Positions 60,099 through 64,000 of a DNA stretch of 64,000 nucleotides are shown in pieces. The notes beneath the pieces were generated by a model, which made no database searches, was not told where the DNA came from, and saw nothing but the letters and a program-made list of their open reading frames with translations. Source of the DNA: an uncultured Halobacteria archaeon (lineage in GTDB: Bacteria; Pseudomonadota; Gammaproteobacteria; UBA9214). Every line of letters begins with the position of its first letter. The first letter of the stretch is position 1. The stretch is from contig CAVYIJ010000001.1 of assembly GCA_963768575.1 (NCBI GenBank), positions 273,214-337,213 of the forward strand, given 5' to 3'. A program made the translations under genes and the position numbers.

Positions 60099-63000
60099 CT
60101 AGGTCAGATCCTGTTTCAGGCGAATTCCGCGTCGCTTTCTGCCGACTATATCAGTCGCATCATCAACGCTTTCATCACTGTCTTGCGTTTCCGTTTCTAT
60201 AACATCCATTTCCTCGACCGGGGTCGGCGCCATGTCCGGCGTCGGGGACGATGCACTGGTGGAGTCCATTGCCACCTGCTGTGGCGTTGATGACTCCTTG
60301 TCGTTGCCAGTCTTCGCTACTTCCCTCGGCGGGGGCGTGCCGCCTTTAGTGGCTGTCGCCGGTGTTTCCCTTGGCGGGGGCGTGCCGCCTTTAGTGGCTG
60401 TCGCCGGTGTTTCCCTTGGCGGAGGCGTGCCGCCGTGCTGGCGGGTCCTCGCGGTGGCTGTCGCCGGTGTTTCCCTTGGCGGGGGCGTGCCTCCTGCGGT
60501 GGCTGTTGCAGGCACTTCCCTCGGCGGGGGCGTACCCCCGGACGGTGGCTTCTCTCTTGGCGGCGGCGGAGTGCCCCCGGACGGTGGCTTCTCCCTTGGC
60601 GGCGGCGGAGTACCGCCACCACGTGGCGGGGGTGGCGTACCACCACCCGGCGCTGGCGCTCTCGGTGGCGGCGGAGTACCACCACCACCGCCGAACTTGC
60701 CGGCGATCCCCTTGAAGCCCATGCCAATCAGGGTAAATACCGCCTTGATCACGATGAAGATCCAGCTGAAGAAAGTAAATATCCCGCCCCAGAGTCGCAT
60801 CAGCAGCGGCGTGCCCGGTGCGCCGGGGGCAGCGTCAGGCTCAGGCTCAATATGTTCAATCCTCTGGTAGGCGGAGCTGATTGAAACGGTACCGTCATCA
60901 GAAGTTTCCACGTAAAACTGTTTCTTCGCACTGATACAGCCCAGTGGAATAATCAGCAGTGCCATGACAGTCGCCACACCGGTGCCGAACATCAGGCTTA
61001 TTGCCATGCCGTTGAAAATGGGATCCTGGATAATGGCAAAGGCGCCCGCCATCAGGGTAAGCGAGGTAATGAAAATCGGGCGCATACGCAGTTCCGCACC
61101 CCTGACAGCGGCCTCGGTGACCTCGTGGCCTTGCGCGACCTCGAGTTTCACGAACTCGACAATCAGGATCGACTGTCGAACGATAATGCCGCCCAGCGCG
61201 ATCATGCCGATCATGGAGGTTGCGGTGAACTCTGCACCCATGATCCAGTGACCCGGAATGATCCCCATCATGGTGACTGGAATCGGTGACATGATCAGAC
61301 CGGCCAATGCAAAATTCTTGAACTCCCAGACGATCAGGCCGTAGATCAGCACCAGCGCGGCCATGAAGGCGCCGCCCATATCACGGAACGTTTCGTAGGT
61401 AACGGTCCACTCGCCGGTCCACTCGTAGCCAGAACTGGTCGAGTCGGCACGGGTGCCGATGAATGTCCATTCGCCGGGTTTGCCCAGGATCGTCTTGGGC
61501 ATGGTTTCCAATTTCACGCCATCCGGGGCCGTGTATTCCTCCACCAGGTCCTCGATATGGAGCATGCCGTATATCGGCGCACCCAGGCGGCCTTCCATTT
61601 CACCGACCACATATTCGATATCGCGCAGGTCCTTGGTATAGAGGACTGGCTCCACATACCCTTTCTTGAATTGGCCGAGTTCAGACAGCGGAATGGTCCT
61701 GCCATCCGCGGTCGGAATCGGCAGGTCACCCAGCCGCGAAATCTGTGAACGCACCGCCAGCGGGATCTGCATGACGATGTAGGTCGGCTCAAGCACCGTT
61801 CCCCGCTTGATATCACCCAGTTTAAAACTACCCATGGCCATGGCCAGGCTGCCGTTGACCGTATCCACCGAGATTCCGCGACGCACCGCTTTTTCGGTAT
61901 CAACCTCGAACCGCCAGAACTCATAAGGGTCTGCCATGTATGTGTCGACATCGACCACATTCTCGACCTGTTCGAACATGGCCATCAAATCACCAGCCAC
62001 CTGGCGACGCGTTTCCGCATCGGGACCATACACTTCTGCGACAAGCGTCTGCAGCACCGGTGGTCCGGGCGGCATCTCGACCACGGCAATGCGGGCACCC
62101 ATGCTGTCAGCGATTGGCTTGAGAAGATGCCGGGCAACAACAGCAATTTCATGGCTGCCGCGGTCACGGTCGTTCTTGTCAGTCAGCATGACAAGCAGGT
62201 CACCTTCCCACGGCCGCTGTCGCAGGTAGTAATGCCTGACCATTCCATTGAAGTTGAACGGCTGGGCGGTACCGGCATAGGTGGTCACCGCAGTCACTTC
62301 GGGAATCTGGCGTACGGCCTCAGCCAGCGCCAGGGTGACATTCGCGGTATCCGGCATCGCCGTGCCTTCCGGCATGTTGACGATAACCGTGAATTCCGGC
62401 TTGTTGTCGAACGGCAGCATCTTGACCGGCACGTGCTGGGTATAGAATGTCACGCACAGCAGCGCCGTCATACCGATGATACCGAACAGGAACAGCAGGC
62501 CCAGCTTGCGGTTCTCGACCAGCGGCATGATGATCGGTCGATACATGCGACTGATGCGCGCGTGAATTTTCTTTTCTTTCTCTTCCGCTTTCTTCAATGC
62601 CGCGAAACGCGGCGCGACCTTTACTGCAAACCAGGGCGTAAACACGAACGCTGCAATCAGCGAGAAGAACATCGCCGAGGAACCCAGCACCGGGATCGGC
62701 CGCATGTACGGTCCCATGAGACCGCTGACCCAGCCCATCGGCAGGAGTGCGGCGATAATCGTAAAGGTCGCCAGGATGGTCGGGTTACCCACCTCGCGGA
62801 CCGCATCGATGGCCACCGCGACACTGGTCTTGCCCTTCATTAACCAGTGCCTGAAGATATTCTCCACCACCACGGTCGCGTCATCGACCAGGATACCGAT
62901 GGAGAAAATGAGCGCGAACAGGCTGACGCGGTCGATGGTGTAATCCACCATCATGGCCCACCAGATGGTCAGCAGGATCACGACCGGGATAACCGTGATA

Positions 63001-64000
63001 ACCACGAAGGCGGCACGCAAGCCGAGACCGACCAGGCAGAGAAGCGACACGATCACCGCCGCCTCCATCATGGCGCCGAGCAGCTCATTCACCTTGTCGT
63101 TGGCGGTCTTGCCGTAATCACGGGTCACCGTCACGTTGACATTGGCCGGTATCAGGCCGGCTCTCCCTTTCAGGTCTTCGACCTTGGCCAGTATCGCCTT
63201 GGCCACTTCGACACCGTTGGTGCCTTCCTTTTTGGCGATGGCAACGGTAACAGCGGATTCCCCCTCGGCCTTTCCGGTGTCACCGGTGTAGGCGGGCCCG
63301 GTGAAAAACGTGACCAGTTGATGCGGCTCGGCGGATTCCTGCGATACCTTTGCCACGTCACGGACATAGACCGGCGCATCGTTGCGGATGCCGATGACCA
63401 GGCGCCCGATTTCCTTGGCGGTTGTCAGGAAAGACCCGGTCCTGACCGAGAAAGACGTGCCGCTGGATTCGACATCACCCGCTGATTTTTCGGCATTCGC
63501 GGTCTGGATGGTCTGTGCGACCTGCTGCATGCTGATGCCATACCCGGACAGGCGTTCGGGCATGACCTCGACCTTGACCTGGTCTTCCCGGCCACCGACG
63601 ATGAAGCCCTTGCCGACATTTTTCACCCCGCCCAGACGTTGCAGCAGGTCGAGCGCAAGCATGCGCAGCGAGCCGTCATCGACATCCGGGGACCAGAGCG
63701 TGAGCGTCACCACGGGGACATCATCGACGCCAACCGGTTTTACCAGCGGCTGCGAGACATTCGGCGGAATCTTGTCCATGTTGGACTGGAGCTTGTCATG
63801 CACCTTGACAAGGGATTCACCCATGTCTTCGCCAACCACGAAGCGTACAGTCACCATTGCCTTGCCGCGTTCTGTCGCTGTATATGTATGGCGGACACCG
63901 GGAATTTCGAGCAGCAGGCGCTCCAGCGGCTCGGTCACCAGGCTGGAAACCTGTTCAGCCGAAGCACCCTCGTAGCTGGACGAATACGTCGATCATCGGC
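60099..64000 (-). CDS. RND-superfamily efflux transporter (AcrB-like 12-TM core, 5' end beyond window) with an extra C-terminal TM helix and ~200-aa Pro-rich repeat tail
   Basis: RND motifs (ILVDDATVVVENIFRH; IVRQSILIVEFVKLEVAQG) and two large periplasmic loops. After TM12 comes a further hydrophobic segment LLMRLWGGIFTFFSWIFIVIKAVFTLIGMGF, then ~10 GGTPPPPR(E)/TPATATKGGTPPPRE repeats and an acidic tail. The N-terminus is off-window; the first in-window residues align to roughly AcrB residue ~60. Confidence 0.85.
60290..60720. repeat. Tandem ~42-bp coding repeats in the RND C-terminal tail
   Basis: Reiterated GGCTGTCGCCGGTGTTTCCCTTGGCGGGGGCGTGCCGCCTTTAGT and variants on the plus strand, encoding the GGTPPPPRE.. 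repeats. Confidence 0.8.

Overview
This is a high-GC (about 60%) gammaproteobacterial chromosomal segment of core housekeeping genes. The gene order is strongly Pseudomonas-like: lon-clpX-clpP-tig on the minus strand; a 5-tRNA cluster; folD; cysS; ppiA-lpxH; a long minus-strand run metZ-purF-cvpA-dedD-folC-accD-trpA-trpB-trpF-truA-fimV-asd-leuB-leuD-leuC; an MFS transporter; aroC; prmB. Next comes a plus-strand block: SCO1, the copper chaperone PCuAC, psd, a His-rich periplasmic protein, an ECF sigma factor, a ZAS anti-sigma factor, a DUF3106 protein and suhB. This is followed by secF-secD-yajC-tgt-queA, tRNA-Leu, the flagellar regulators fliA-fleN and fleQ, a globin-coupled GGDEF-EAL protein, tRNA-Ala and tRNA-Arg, and a relA/spoT homologue. 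The last 11 kb (52.9-64.0 kb) is not syntenic. It encodes a dynamin-like GTPase, a membrane-anchored DUF302 protein, a TPR membrane protein with an acidic disordered region, an orphan ParA-like ATPase, three consecutive secreted low-complexity repeat proteins (one Gly/Tyr-rich and resembling sulfur-globule proteins), and an RND transporter with an unusual extra C-terminal TM helix and a Pro-rich repeat tail. I consider this the best candidate for an undescribed system: a positioning-plus-export module for a proteinaceous envelope or granule. Other notable points follow. At least six conserved genes (tig, DUF455, leuB, prmB, suhB, the TPR protein) are split by single-base frameshifts that, where I could pin the site down, map to single-base deletions in short homopolymer runs. 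This looks like assembly indel error, but it would be pseudogenisation if real. Three direct copies of the 3' end of tRNA-Arg(CCT) plus 40 bp downstream lie between tRNA-Arg and relA. A sigma-32 type heat-shock promoter sits upstream of lon. The FleN Walker-A box lacks its signature lysine. No CRISPR array, IS element, integrase or prophage genes are visible. All calls are from reading the sequence and ORF translations by eye; no database searches were run.
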